Assembly (NCBI GenBank): GCA_030167145.1
Contig: CP126532.1
Coordinates: forward strand, 1,290,001 to 1,322,000
From: Ktedonobacterales bacterium
GTDB taxonomy: Bacteria; Chloroflexota; Ktedonobacteria; Ktedonobacterales; JADMIN01
Length of the DNA: 32,000 bases
Direction: 5' to 3'
In this document: one piece after another, positions 16,887 to 25,483 of the stretch
How the letters are laid out: every line of letters starts with the position of its first letter
How positions within the stretch are numbered: position 1 is the stretch's first letter
Notes under the pieces: generated by a model
What the model saw: only the letters and a program-made list of their open reading frames with translations
Databases searched by the model: none
What the model was told of the DNA's origin: nothing
Translations under genes and position numbers: made by a program

Positions 16887-16982
16887 CGGGCGGTTACCAC
16901 CGCGCGATGGGCGACGCAGGCATCGCCCCTACACTGGCGGCGGATAGCGGGCGTCCACCGGACGCCCCTACGAACGCGGTGG
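16885..16982 (+). repeat. Dispersed-repeat variant copy C with a nested-hairpin architecture
   Basis: The head AGCGGGCGGTT (16885-16895) overlaps the TAG stop. An 8-bp closing stem CCACCGCG (16897-16904) / CGCGGTGG (16975-16982) encloses two hairpins: GGGCGA-N8-TCGCCC (16909-16928) and GGGCGTCC-ACC-GGACGCCC (16949-16967). Each hairpin is followed by CTAC. Confidence 0.7.
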
Positions 16983-17034
16983 GTGCATCAAGACAGGGAT
17001 GGGCAGGTTCACCTACGGCGACCGTCCGGTTTCG

Positions 17035-17063
17035 TTGACATGGATGGCGGCGGGGCTTATACT
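17035..17063 (+). promoter_or_regulatory. Near-consensus sigma70-type promoter
   Basis: TTGACA (17035-17040), exactly 17 nt spacer, TATACT (17058-17063). About 128 nt upstream of ATG 17191. Confidence 0.55.
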
Positions 17064-17190
17064 GACGGGGATGGCGGTCGCCGGACCGCTCGCGAAGGCA
17101 TGCAAACATCCCAAAGTGGCGTGTGCCGTGCGCGCGTAGGTGATGGTGTGAGGCGCACGGTGTGCGCCCGTAGATGCGCAGGAAGAATTG

Positions 17191-17925
17191 ATGAGCGGTC
17201 CAGGTGGATCAGTGACGAAACGAGATGACCGGCGAGATGCTCGCCGCAAGCAATTTCAGGAGCGCCAGCGCCAGCGCCAGCTTGAGCGGCAGCGCAAGAT
17301 ACGCCGCCAGCGGATGATTCGCGGCGCTATTATCGGGGGCAGTGTGCTGATCGTCGCATTGCTCGCATTCTTCGTCATCCATGGCGCGAGCAGTGGTGGT
17401 AGTGGCGGGAACAATGCGAATACGCCAGCGGTTGTGCATGGCACAGGCACGTATGCCAATAATCCCGCCACTGGCGAGACGCGCGATGGTATGCAGTGTT
17501 ATGCGACGGAGCAGACGCAGCAGCACATCCATGCGTATCTGGCGATCTACGCTAACGGCCAGCCGGTGACGGTGCCCGCCGGAACGGGTATTCCGCAGAG
17601 CGCGAACTGCATCTATCCGCTGCATGTGCATGACGGCGAGGAGAACATCATCCACATCGAAGCGCCGAACACGGATACGTACACGCTGGGCGCGTTCTTC
17701 GACATCTGGGGCGAGGCGCTGAGCGCGAACCAGGTGATGGACTACAAGGCGGACGCGAGCCATCCGCTGGTGTTCGAGGTGTTCGACGCCAATGGCAAGA
17801 TGACCAAGGTCACGAGCAATCCGCTCGACATCGCCTTGAAGGAGCACGAGACGGTCGTGGTTCTGTATAACAGCCCGAATGTCACGCCGCAGCCGTACGC
17901 GAATTGGAGCCAGTTCGGCCTCTAA
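17191..17925 (+). CDS. Membrane-anchored protein of unknown function (Arg/Gln-rich cytoplasmic tail, one TM, His/Cys-containing extracytoplasmic domain)
   Basis: Part of ORF 17188..17925 (ATG at 17191). KRDDRRDARRKQFQERQRQRQLERQRKIRRQR, then TM helix AIIGGSVLIVALLAFFVI, then QQHIHAYLAIYANGQPVTVPAGTGIP...CIYPLHVHDGEENIIHIE. Confidence 0.7.
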   Translation: MSGPGGSVTKRDDRRDARRKQFQERQRQRQLERQRKIRRQRMIRGAIIGGSVLIVALLAFFVIHGASSGGSGGNNANTPAVVHGTGTYANNPATGETRDGMQCYATEQTQQHIHAYLAIYANGQPVTVPAGTGIPQSANCIYPLHVHDGEENIIHIEAPNTDTYTLGAFFDIWGEALSANQVMDYKADASHPLVFEVFDANGKMTKVTSNPLDIALKEHETVVVLYNSPNVTPQPYANWSQFGL

Positions 17926-17977
17926 CACACAGGCGGTTCGACTGCATCCAACTGAGCATCGGCAAACCGTCACCATT

Positions 17978-18017
17978 CAGCGCCACCGTTCGATGAGAGC
18001 GGTGGCGCTGTCTTTTA
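17978..18017 (+). terminator. Rho-independent terminator
   Basis: Perfect 11-bp stem CAGCGCCACCG / CGGTGGCGCTG, 11-nt loop, then TCTTTTA. Lies 53 nt after the stop codon. Confidence 0.8.
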
Positions 18018-18225
18018 TGTAGCAAGGGATGTGGCGACATCGCGGAGCGACCACACAGGTGATACGAATGGAGCGGCGCGGTGATACGCTCGTGCTACCT
18101 CTGCGGATGACGCACGTGGAATGCTCTCAAGAGCATATCCAACCTGGTAGCCGGAAACCCAATTCATACGCCTGTCCGGCGCCAATCCTGGCGAACCCGT
18201 CCTGGCGTCCTCGTGGGAGGTCGCG

Positions 18226-21200
18226 ATGTCCCCAGCCAAGCGCGCTCTGCTGCTCAGCCTCTCTTTGCTGCTCGCCGTCTCTGCGCTGTTGCTCTTTGCT
18301 GGCATTGCTGGCCCTGTGCCTGGCGGCCAGCGCGCCGCTGCCGCAGCCATCACGCGGACGCCCATCGTGCCGGGGGACGCCGCACGCGCTGGCATCCTGG
18401 GGGACCGCACGATTCGCCTCAGCAATCTGGTTATCGGTCCGCCTGACGCGCAGGGTCTGCGGCAGGTCGCGCTGACGGTGACGCTGACGAACACCGGCAA
18501 GCGTGCGATCAACGTTCGCGCTGGCGACTTCGCGCTCTCTGCCGAGGGCGACATCTTCGCGCAGACGAGCGCCCCCACGCCCTCAGGCGCGCTCACCGGC
18601 GCCATCGCTCCCGCCGCGTCGCGCGCAGGTCGCCTCAGTTTCGTCGTGCCGCAGGCGGCGGTAGCTGAGGCGACGCTCTTCTATCATGCCAGCGCTGAAT
18701 CGCCGGAGGTGATTCAGCAGGGGGCGGGCGCGGCGCCCGCGGTTGCCAGCATTCCGCTGGTGGCCGCCGCCGCGTCGAACGGGAACACCATCGAAGATAC
18801 TTTCACACGGGGCAACCAGACAGGGTGGGGCACGAGCACCAACAATGATGGTGTGCCGAATGTGGCCTGGGGTATGGACGGCAACGGCGGGAGGTCGTTC
18901 GTCACGATAAGCAACAATACTGGAGCCTTCGGCTATCAGGGGAACACGAACGCTATCGGCATCGCTTCGGCAGGCACGGCGACCTATAACGGCGGGGATT
19001 CGCTGGTGGAGTTTAGCATGAGCGCGGTGGGGCACGTGACGCCGTATGTGGTGCAGAATGCCTGTAGCAGCAAGGGTTGCTATTATGGGGCGCGGCTGCA
19101 TACCTCGAAAGGCCAGCTTGAAATCACGAAACGTTCTGGGGGAAGTACACATACGCTCGTCAGCACAGCGTTTGTGGCGAGCGCCAATACGCTCTATTGG
19201 ATGCGGCTAGATGTGAGCGTGGGGGCAAGCACGACGCTCAGCGCGAAGATTTGGGCGGATGGCGCCCCAGAACCATCGGGCTGGATGCTGACGACAGTGG
19301 ATAATACGCCGCTAGCGGCGAATTTCTCTGGGACAGGTGGAAGTTGGGATAAGACAGGAACGGGTGAGAGCATCAACTATACGTGCTACGCTTTCGCCAC
19401 CAGCGGTCTCGCCGCGCCCTGCGCGAGCGGCGGGGGCGGGACGCCGACGCCAACGCCGACAGGCACGGCGACCGCGACCGCAACAGCAACACCATCAAGC
19501 ACCGCAACGGCCACCCCAACACCAACGCAGGGCGGAGCCAACAGCATCGAAGATACTTTCACGCGGGGCAATCAGACGGGGTGGGGCACGAGCACCAACA
19601 ATGATGGTGTGCCGAATGTGGCCTGGGGTATGGACGGCAATGGGAGTCTTGCTTACGTCACTATCGGCAATCACTTTGGTGTCTATGGCTACCAGGGGGC
19701 AACGAATACCATCGGCATCGCTTCGGCGGGCACGGCGACCTACAGCAGCGGGGATTCGCTGGTGGAGTTCGCGGTGAGCGCGGTGGGACATGTGACGCCG
19801 TATGTGGTGCAGAGTGCCTGTAGCGACAAATCGTGCTACTATGGCGCGCGGCTGCATACCTCGCAGAACGTGCTCGAACTGGCGCGCCGCAGTAATGGGA
19901 CGACCGGCATTCTCGCAACGATCCCGTTCACTGCCGCGCCGAATACGTTCTATTGGATGCGGCTGGATGTGGCGGTCAGTGGCGGCGTCGCTACGGTCGG
20001 CGCGAAGGTGTGGGCGGCGGGCGCAGCGGAACCCGCTGGCTGGATGGTGACGGTGAGTGATAGCAATCCGCTGGCGGCGAATCTTTCGGGTACGGGCGGG
20101 TCATGGGATAATCCCGGTGGTGGCGAGAGCATAGACTACACCTGCTATGCCTTCGCCACAACGGGGCTGGCCACAGCGTGCGGTGGCGTGCAGCCGCCCC
20201 CGACGCCGACGCCCGCACCAGCAACGCCTTCGCCAACGCCGGTGCAGGGCATCACGGAATATACGCTTTCTGGGGGGGTGGGGGAGCCGTGGGGCACGGC
20301 GGTGGATGCGAGCGGCAATGTGTGGTTCGCTGAGCCGGGGTGCGATTTCGCGCCGACGTGCTCTGCCAGCGCTGGCCGTGGGCAGATCGGCGAATACATT
20401 CCGAGCACCGGCGCGGTACGGCTCTTCATGCTGCCGAACATTTCCGGCAACCAGCCGATCTTTGTGGCGTTCGATGGGGCAGGCAATCTGTGGTTCACGA
20501 CGCCGAACAACAGCATGATTGGCGAGTTCAGCCCCAGCACGCAGACGTTCATTGGGCAGTGGCCGGTCACGCCGGGCAGTGGACCGTGGGATTTGACGTT
20601 CAGCAATGGCAAGCTGTGGTACACGGAGCATCTGGTGTCGGCGGTAGGGCGCTTCGATCCGGTGGCGCATACATTCACCGATTTCCCGACGCCAAGCGCG
20701 AACTCGAATCCCTACGGGATCGTCGCCAGCAGCAACTTGATCTGGTTCACGGAGAACAACAGCAGCGTGGCGCGTGTTGCCGCGCTGGATACCAGCAATG
20801 GCAATGCGATCTCGGAGTATCTGATCCGCGCGAATCCGCCTAACGGACTCACGCCACATATGATTGCGCTGGACGCGCAGGGGAATCCGTGGTGGACGGA
20901 GGGCTTTGTTTCGGCGCTGGGCAAGCTCGTGCCGTCGCAGGCGACGCCGGGCCAGTGTGGGGCGTCGTCTGGCAGTTGCGTGGGGGTTACCGAATACAAT
21001 ACGCCGCCGGCGAACAATGGGTGTTCCGGGTCGCATGCCTCTGGCATCGCCATGCAAATCAGCGGCGGCACGACTACGAAAATCTGGCTTGATAACGCGC
21101 TCACAGCGCAGGTGGGCAGCTTCAATCCAGCTACCACGGCGTATGCCATGTTGTCGCTGCCGAAGTGTGGGGCGCACCCGCACGATGGGCTGAATCTGGA

Positions 21201-21270
21201 CGCGGCGAACAATGTCTGGTGGGACGAGGAGTTCAATAATGCGCTGGGAGAGCTTGTGCAGTCGGGGTGA
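18226..21270 (+). CDS. Large secreted/anchored multidomain protein: signal/TM, Ig-like (DUF4352-like) domain, two tandem ~212-aa jelly-roll-like repeats with Thr/Pro linkers, C-terminal 7-blade Vgb-like (COG4257-type) beta-propeller
   Basis: GGGAGG lies 5 nt upstream of ATG. N-terminus LLLSLSLLLAVSALLLFAGIAG. LTVTLTNTGKRAINVRAGDFALSAEGDIF is DUF4352-like. Seven repeats carry G-N-x-W-F/W-T-E-type motifs: GNVWFAEPG, GNLWFTTPNNSMIGEF, GKLWYTEHLVSAVGRF, NLIWFTENNSSVARV, GNPWWTEGFVSALGKL, KIWLDNALTAQVGSF, NNVWWDEEFNNALGEL. Confidence 0.8.
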   Translation: MSPAKRALLLSLSLLLAVSALLLFAGIAGPVPGGQRAAAAAITRTPIVPGDAARAGILGDRTIRLSNLVIGPPDAQGLRQVALTVTLTNTGKRAINVRAGDFALSAEGDIFAQTSAPTPSGALTGAIAPAASRAGRLSFVVPQAAVAEATLFYHASAESPEVIQQGAGAAPAVASIPLVAAAASNGNTIEDTFTRGNQTGWGTSTNNDGVPNVAWGMDGNGGRSFVTISNNTGAFGYQGNTNAIGIASAGTATYNGGDSLVEFSMSAVGHVTPYVVQNACSSKGCYYGARLHTSKGQLEITKRSGGSTHTLVSTAFVASANTLYWMRLDVSVGASTTLSAKIWADGAPEPSGWMLTTVDNTPLAANFSGTGGSWDKTGTGESINYTCYAFATSGLAAPCASGGGGTPTPTPTGTATATATATPSSTATATPTPTQGGANSIEDTFTRGNQTGWGTSTNNDGVPNVAWGMDGNGSLAYVTIGNHFGVYGYQGATNTIGIASAGTATYSSGDSLVEFAVSAVGHVTPYVVQSACSDKSCYYGARLHTSQNVLELARRSNGTTGILATIPFTAAPNTFYWMRLDVAVSGGVATVGAKVWAAGAAEPAGWMVTVSDSNPLAANLSGTGGSWDNPGGGESIDYTCYAFATTGLATACGGVQPPPTPTPAPATPSPTPVQGITEYTLSGGVGEPWGTAVDASGNVWFAEPGCDFAPTCSASAGRGQIGEYIPSTGAVRLFMLPNISGNQPIFVAFDGAGNLWFTTPNNSMIGEFSPSTQTFIGQWPVTPGSGPWDLTFSNGKLWYTEHLVSAVGRFDPVAHTFTDFPTPSANSNPYGIVASSNLIWFTENNSSVARVAALDTSNGNAISEYLIRANPPNGLTPHMIALDAQGNPWWTEGFVSALGKLVPSQATPGQCGASSGSCVGVTEYNTPPANNGCSGSHASGIAMQISGGTTTKIWLDNALTAQVGSFNPATTAYAMLSLPKCGAHPHDGLNLDAANNVWWDEEFNNALGELVQSG
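18790..20181 (+). repeat. Intragenic tandem domain duplication (copy 1 at 18790-19422, copy 2 at 19546-20181, offset 756 bp)
   Basis: Both copies start ATCGAAGATACTTTCAC... The first ~95 nt differ at only 3 positions, including a 61-nt perfect run. The rest is clearly homologous but diverged, with a one-codon indel. Confidence 0.9.
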
Positions 21271-21283
21271 GCCGTATAGAGCA

Positions 21284-22468
21284 TCACCCCCTGTTGTCTG
21301 GAGTTGACGCCATGGCCACCTGAGGTGGAGCGGCGTTTGCGGAAGCGGAACTAGGGCGAACGATCGCGCGCACCGAGGTGGCGACACTGTGGCCGAGCGC
21401 GGTACCGAAGGCGCCCGCCAGGCACGCGAAGGGGAGGGCTGCGACGGGTGTGGCGGGAACGATTTGGTGTGCGGCACTGGTGAGCGCGATGCCACCATAC
21501 AGGGCAAGGGCGGCGACGATACCGGAGAGCGTGGCGGCGATGAGTTCGCCATGCGGGCGGAGTGCGCTCACATGTCTGGCGAACAGATAGTCAACAGTCC
21601 GGGGGCCAAAGACGAGCGAGAGGTCTACGACGAGGCCCATCGGCACGATATACCAGGCGACGACCGGGTAGGCCTGGTGAACCGCGATGAATAGCGTATG
21701 AAATGCCAGGCGCCAGAGCGCAAAGGTGAGGGCCAGCGCGGTCGCGGCGCCGAACGGCAGCGGCCAGACATCAGGGCGTCTGCTGCGCGGATGGCGCGAT
21801 TGCAGCACGGTAGCGCCGAAGGTGAGCGCATAACCGAGGGCGAAGGCGAAATAGACGAGATAGAGCCAGTCGGGTACACCGCCGGTCACGAGTTGTGCGG
21901 CGCGTGGCCCAGCGAGCGCCCAGAGCTGAGGCTGGACGTACCAGGGGGGCTTCCCAGACTGTTGGATCGAAGCCAGGGCCACGGCCCCGTATTCTTGCTG
22001 ATTGAGCGCAAAGTGGGTCGTCAAGATGTTGCGGAAGCAGATGGCGAAGACTATCGCCCAGGCGCCGAGGCCGCGCGCGGCTGGTGAGGCGAGCAAGGCG
22101 GTGATGACGCAGACGTTATAGACATCGGACGGGAAGTTGAGCATGAGATGGGTTGGCGACCAGGTGGTGATGTCTACGCCGAAGGCCAGATGCCAGAGGA
22201 AGTCGAAGGGCATATCCGCGATGCCGACACCCAGCGCGACGGCGCCCACGAGCAGGGCGGTGCGTTCCAATCCGACTACCCGCGTGCGCTCGCGTACGAG
22301 CGCCCAATAGAGCAGCACGACCATGAGGCAGACGCCGGCGAAGGAGGTGAGGTGCGAGGGGGAGATTTCGTCGAAGACGTGGCCGAAATGCCACGAGACA
22401 TCCAGGGTGGAGCCGACCTCGGTGAGCGCCATGGCAATCAGCCAGAGGACGTAGTATCGGCGTGGCAT
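21284..22468 (-). CDS. Polytopic integral membrane protein, unknown function
   Basis: 394-aa ORF with GGAGG 6 nt upstream of ATG. About 10 hydrophobic segments. No family recognised. Confidence 0.7.
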   Translation of the reverse strand: MPRRYYVLWLIAMALTEVGSTLDVSWHFGHVFDEISPSHLTSFAGVCLMVVLLYWALVRERTRVVGLERTALLVGAVALGVGIADMPFDFLWHLAFGVDITTWSPTHLMLNFPSDVYNVCVITALLASPAARGLGAWAIVFAICFRNILTTHFALNQQEYGAVALASIQQSGKPPWYVQPQLWALAGPRAAQLVTGGVPDWLYLVYFAFALGYALTFGATVLQSRHPRSRRPDVWPLPFGAATALALTFALWRLAFHTLFIAVHQAYPVVAWYIVPMGLVVDLSLVFGPRTVDYLFARHVSALRPHGELIAATLSGIVAALALYGGIALTSAAHQIVPATPVAALPFACLAGAFGTALGHSVATSVRAIVRPSSASANAAPPQVAMASTPDNRG

Positions 22469-22542
22469 TGGCTACCTCCAACGTCTTTCGACTTCAGCGA
22501 AATGGGCGACATGTGCCCCTGTACCCACACAAATTATGGTTG

Positions 22543-22571
22543 AGTATACGGTAGCATCGCATACCTGGCAA
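22543..22571 (-). promoter_or_regulatory. Candidate sigma70-type promoter of the membrane-protein gene
   Basis: Minus strand reads TTGCCA (22571..22566), 17-nt spacer, TATACT (22548..22543). About 70 nt upstream of ATG 22468. Confidence 0.5.
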
Positions 22572-22609
22572 TATCACCCCTACGAATCGTAATGGTTGGC
22601 AACAAGTGG

Positions 22610-25345
22610 TCATCGTTCGTTGGCTTTGCGCTGTAGCTCGTAGAGGCGGCTGATGGCTTCGAGTGGGGTGAGTTCGTCTATGGGCAGGGTTTTGAGTTCT
22701 TCGAGCAGGGGGTCTGGCTCGGCGGCGAAGAGGGTGAGTTGCATGCTCTGGGGCATGACCATCTCACGCATGGCTTTGCGGCGGATTTTGGCGTCGCCTT
22801 TGCGCTCCAGGTCTTCGAGGACTTCTTCGGCGCGGCGCACGACCTGGCGGGGAATGCCGGCAAGCTGCGCGACGTGGATGCCGTAGCTCTTATCGGCGCC
22901 GCCGGGGACGATCTTGCGCAGGAAGACGACGTGGCCACCTTCTTCGGCGACGGCGACGTTATAGGGGCAGACGCGGGGCAGGGTGCGCGCTAGTTCGACT
23001 AGCTCGTGGTAGTGGGTGGCGAAGAGGGTTTTCGCGCCGCAGCGCTTATTGTTGTGCAGGTATTCGACGATGGCGCGGGCGATGGCCAGCCCGTCGTAGG
23101 TGCTGGTGCCGCGCCCAATCTCATCGAGGATAACGAGGCTGCGTGGCGTGGCGTGATGCAGAATATTCGCCGTCTCGACCATCTCGACCATGAAGGTGCT
23201 TTGGCCGGTGGCGAGGTCGTCTTGCGCGCCGATGCGGGTGAAAATGCGGTCAACCAGGCCGATGCGGGCAGCCTCGGCGGGGACGAATGAGCCGATCTGC
23301 GCCATGAGCGTGATGAGCGCGACCTGACGCAGATAGGTGGATTTGCCAGCCATGTTTGGTCCAGTCAGCAAGAGGATCTGCGCGTCGGTGGTGGCAAGCT
23401 GCGTGTCGTTGGGGACGAATGGGGTGTCGCGCTGGCTGGCCTCGACGACGGGATGGCGACCCGCGACGATGTGGATGGTGTCGCCGTCGTCCAGTTCGGG
23501 GCGGCAATAGGCGTTGCGTTCGGCGACTTCGCCCAGGGCCAGCACGACATCCAGCTCGGCGAGCGCACGTGCGGTGCGCAGCACGCGCTCAGCCCAGCGC
23601 GCGGCGATTTCGGCGCGCAGGGCGGCGAAGATTTCTTGCTCCAGCTTGACGATTTTCTCTTGCGCGTTGAGGATCAGCGCTTCGTATTCTTTGAGATCGG
23701 GGGTGATGAAGCGCTCGCCGGTGGTGAGCGTTTGTTTGCGGATGTAGTCGGTGGGGACGCGGGTTAGCTGAGAGTTGGTGACTTCGAGGTAGTAGCCAAA
23801 GACTTTGTTGTAGCCGACTTTGAGGTTGGTGATGCCGGTGCGCTCGCGCTCGGTGCGCTCCAAATCGGCGACCCACTGGCGGGCATTGCGCGAGGCGGTG
23901 ACGATCTCATCTACTTCGGGGCTGTAGCCGGGACGCAGGACGCCACCATCGGCCAACGTCAGCGGCGGCTCATCCACGATGGCGCGCTCGATCAGCGTGG
24001 CGAGGTCGGGCAGCGGCGCGATGCCCGCCACGATCTCGGCCAGTCCGTCGGGGATGTCGGGCATGCTGGCGCAGAGTTGCTCAACCGCGCGCAGCCCGCT
24101 GCCCAGCGCCACGAGGTCGCGCGGGGTGGCGATGCGTTGCAGGACGCGGTTCGTCAATCGTTCCAGGTCGCCCACTTTGCCGAGCGCGGGGATGAGACGC
24201 GCACGCAGGGGCATATCGCCTACCATCGCCGCAACGGCGTTCTGGCGCTGGCGCAGGCGATGCAGGTCCAGCAGCGGCTCGCTGAGCCAGCGGCGCAGCA
24301 GCCGTCCGCCCATGGGGCTGCGCGTGGCATCGAGCACCCAGAGCAGCGAGCCGCGCGAGTTGCCGCCGCGCCCGCTCTCGAAGAGTTCCAAGTTGCGGCG
24401 GGTGTGGGCGTCCAGCGTCATGAAGCCAGTGGTGCTGTAGGTTTCCAGGGCGGTGAACTGGGCCAGCGCGCCCTTCTGGGTCTCGCGCAGATACGCCAAA
24501 ATCGCCCCCGCCGCGCGCACCGCTAGCGGCAGGCTGTCGCAGCCAAACGCTTCGAGGGTGGCGACGGCGTAGTGTTCGAGCAGCCGCGCCCGCGCTACTT
24601 CTTCGCGAAAGGCGCGCGGTTCATACGGGGTGATGACGGTATCGAGCCGCCCGTTTAGGGCATTCAGGCGTTCGGCCAAGCCCTCAGGCTCGTCGTCGTC
24701 CAGGAGGGTTTCATCCGCAGTGGGCGTGGCGGGCCGCGCCCCTACCGTGTGGTTGGCGTGGGCGCGTTTGAGCCGTAGGCGCTCCGGCGCGGTGGTTTCG
24801 ACGAGCAACTCGGCGGGCTGCACGCGCGCTAGCTCCTGCACCAACGCCAGTTCGGGCTGTGGCGCGGCGAATTGCGCGCAGGCGAACTCGCCGGTGGTCA
24901 CGTCGGCATAGGCGATGCCGACGGCGTCGCGGCCCAGCACCGCAGCCGCGAGAAAGTTATTGCGTTTGGCCGTCAGCATGGCGGGGTCTACGACGGTGCC
25001 CGGCGTGACAACGCGCAGCACCTCGCGCTCAACCAGCCCCTTGGCCAGCGCGGGATCACTGACCTGCTCGCAGACGGCGACGCGGTAGCCCTTGGCGATC
25101 AGCCGCGCGATATAGCCCTCGGCGGCGTGGTGCGGCACGCCAGCCATGGGCGATTTCTCGCCGCGGCCCCAGTCGCGGCGGGTGAGCGTGATTTCAAGCT
25201 CGCGTGCGGCGGTCTCGGCGTCTTCGTCGAACATTTCGTAGAAGTCGCCCATGCGGAAGAAGAGCAGCGCATCGGGGTGCTGACGCTTGACGCCCAGATA
25301 TTGGCGGCGGATGGGGCTGGAGTTCTCGACGGACGATGATTGCAC
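22610..25345 (-). CDS. mutS: DNA mismatch repair protein MutS
   Basis: 911 aa with a GTG start. N-terminal mismatch-binding region PIRRQYLGVKRQHPDALLFFRMGDFYEMFDEDA. Walker A GPNMAGKSTYLRQ. STFMVEM motif. Walker B LVILDEIGRGTSTYDG. Confidence 0.95.
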   Translation of the reverse strand: MQSSSVENSSPIRRQYLGVKRQHPDALLFFRMGDFYEMFDEDAETAARELEITLTRRDWGRGEKSPMAGVPHHAAEGYIARLIAKGYRVAVCEQVSDPALAKGLVEREVLRVVTPGTVVDPAMLTAKRNNFLAAAVLGRDAVGIAYADVTTGEFACAQFAAPQPELALVQELARVQPAELLVETTAPERLRLKRAHANHTVGARPATPTADETLLDDDEPEGLAERLNALNGRLDTVITPYEPRAFREEVARARLLEHYAVATLEAFGCDSLPLAVRAAGAILAYLRETQKGALAQFTALETYSTTGFMTLDAHTRRNLELFESGRGGNSRGSLLWVLDATRSPMGGRLLRRWLSEPLLDLHRLRQRQNAVAAMVGDMPLRARLIPALGKVGDLERLTNRVLQRIATPRDLVALGSGLRAVEQLCASMPDIPDGLAEIVAGIAPLPDLATLIERAIVDEPPLTLADGGVLRPGYSPEVDEIVTASRNARQWVADLERTERERTGITNLKVGYNKVFGYYLEVTNSQLTRVPTDYIRKQTLTTGERFITPDLKEYEALILNAQEKIVKLEQEIFAALRAEIAARWAERVLRTARALAELDVVLALGEVAERNAYCRPELDDGDTIHIVAGRHPVVEASQRDTPFVPNDTQLATTDAQILLLTGPNMAGKSTYLRQVALITLMAQIGSFVPAEAARIGLVDRIFTRIGAQDDLATGQSTFMVEMVETANILHHATPRSLVILDEIGRGTSTYDGLAIARAIVEYLHNNKRCGAKTLFATHYHELVELARTLPRVCPYNVAVAEEGGHVVFLRKIVPGGADKSYGIHVAQLAGIPRQVVRRAEEVLEDLERKGDAKIRRKAMREMVMPQSMQLTLFAAEPDPLLEELKTLPIDELTPLEAISRLYELQRKANER

Positions 25346-25483
25346 GGCTGACCTCGACGGGCTGGAATGGCGCGAGCGCGCGGTTCTCTGGCATGGATTC
25401 TTTATTCAACCATAGATTAGACGAACCGCAGACCCGTGATGGACCGGCGCAGGGTCTTTCAGCTTTGCGACTGGTGTAGGTTA

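Noticed and set aside
19437-19535. ACGCC/ACCGC-rich nucleotide repetition
   Set aside because: This is simply the coding sequence of a Thr/Pro/Ala linker (TPTPTPTGTATATATATPSSTATATPTPT), not an independent DNA repeat element.
20101-21552. 483-aa minus-strand ORF spanning the 3' end of the large secreted-protein gene and the next gene
   Set aside because: Extremely Arg/Pro-rich translation that crosses a convergent gene boundary. High-GC artefact.
25415-25455. Hairpin CAGACCC...GGGTCT between the E2-like gene and mutS as a terminator
   Set aside because: The stem is only 6-7 bp with a 15-nt loop, and there is no U-tract on the minus strand, where it would be needed.
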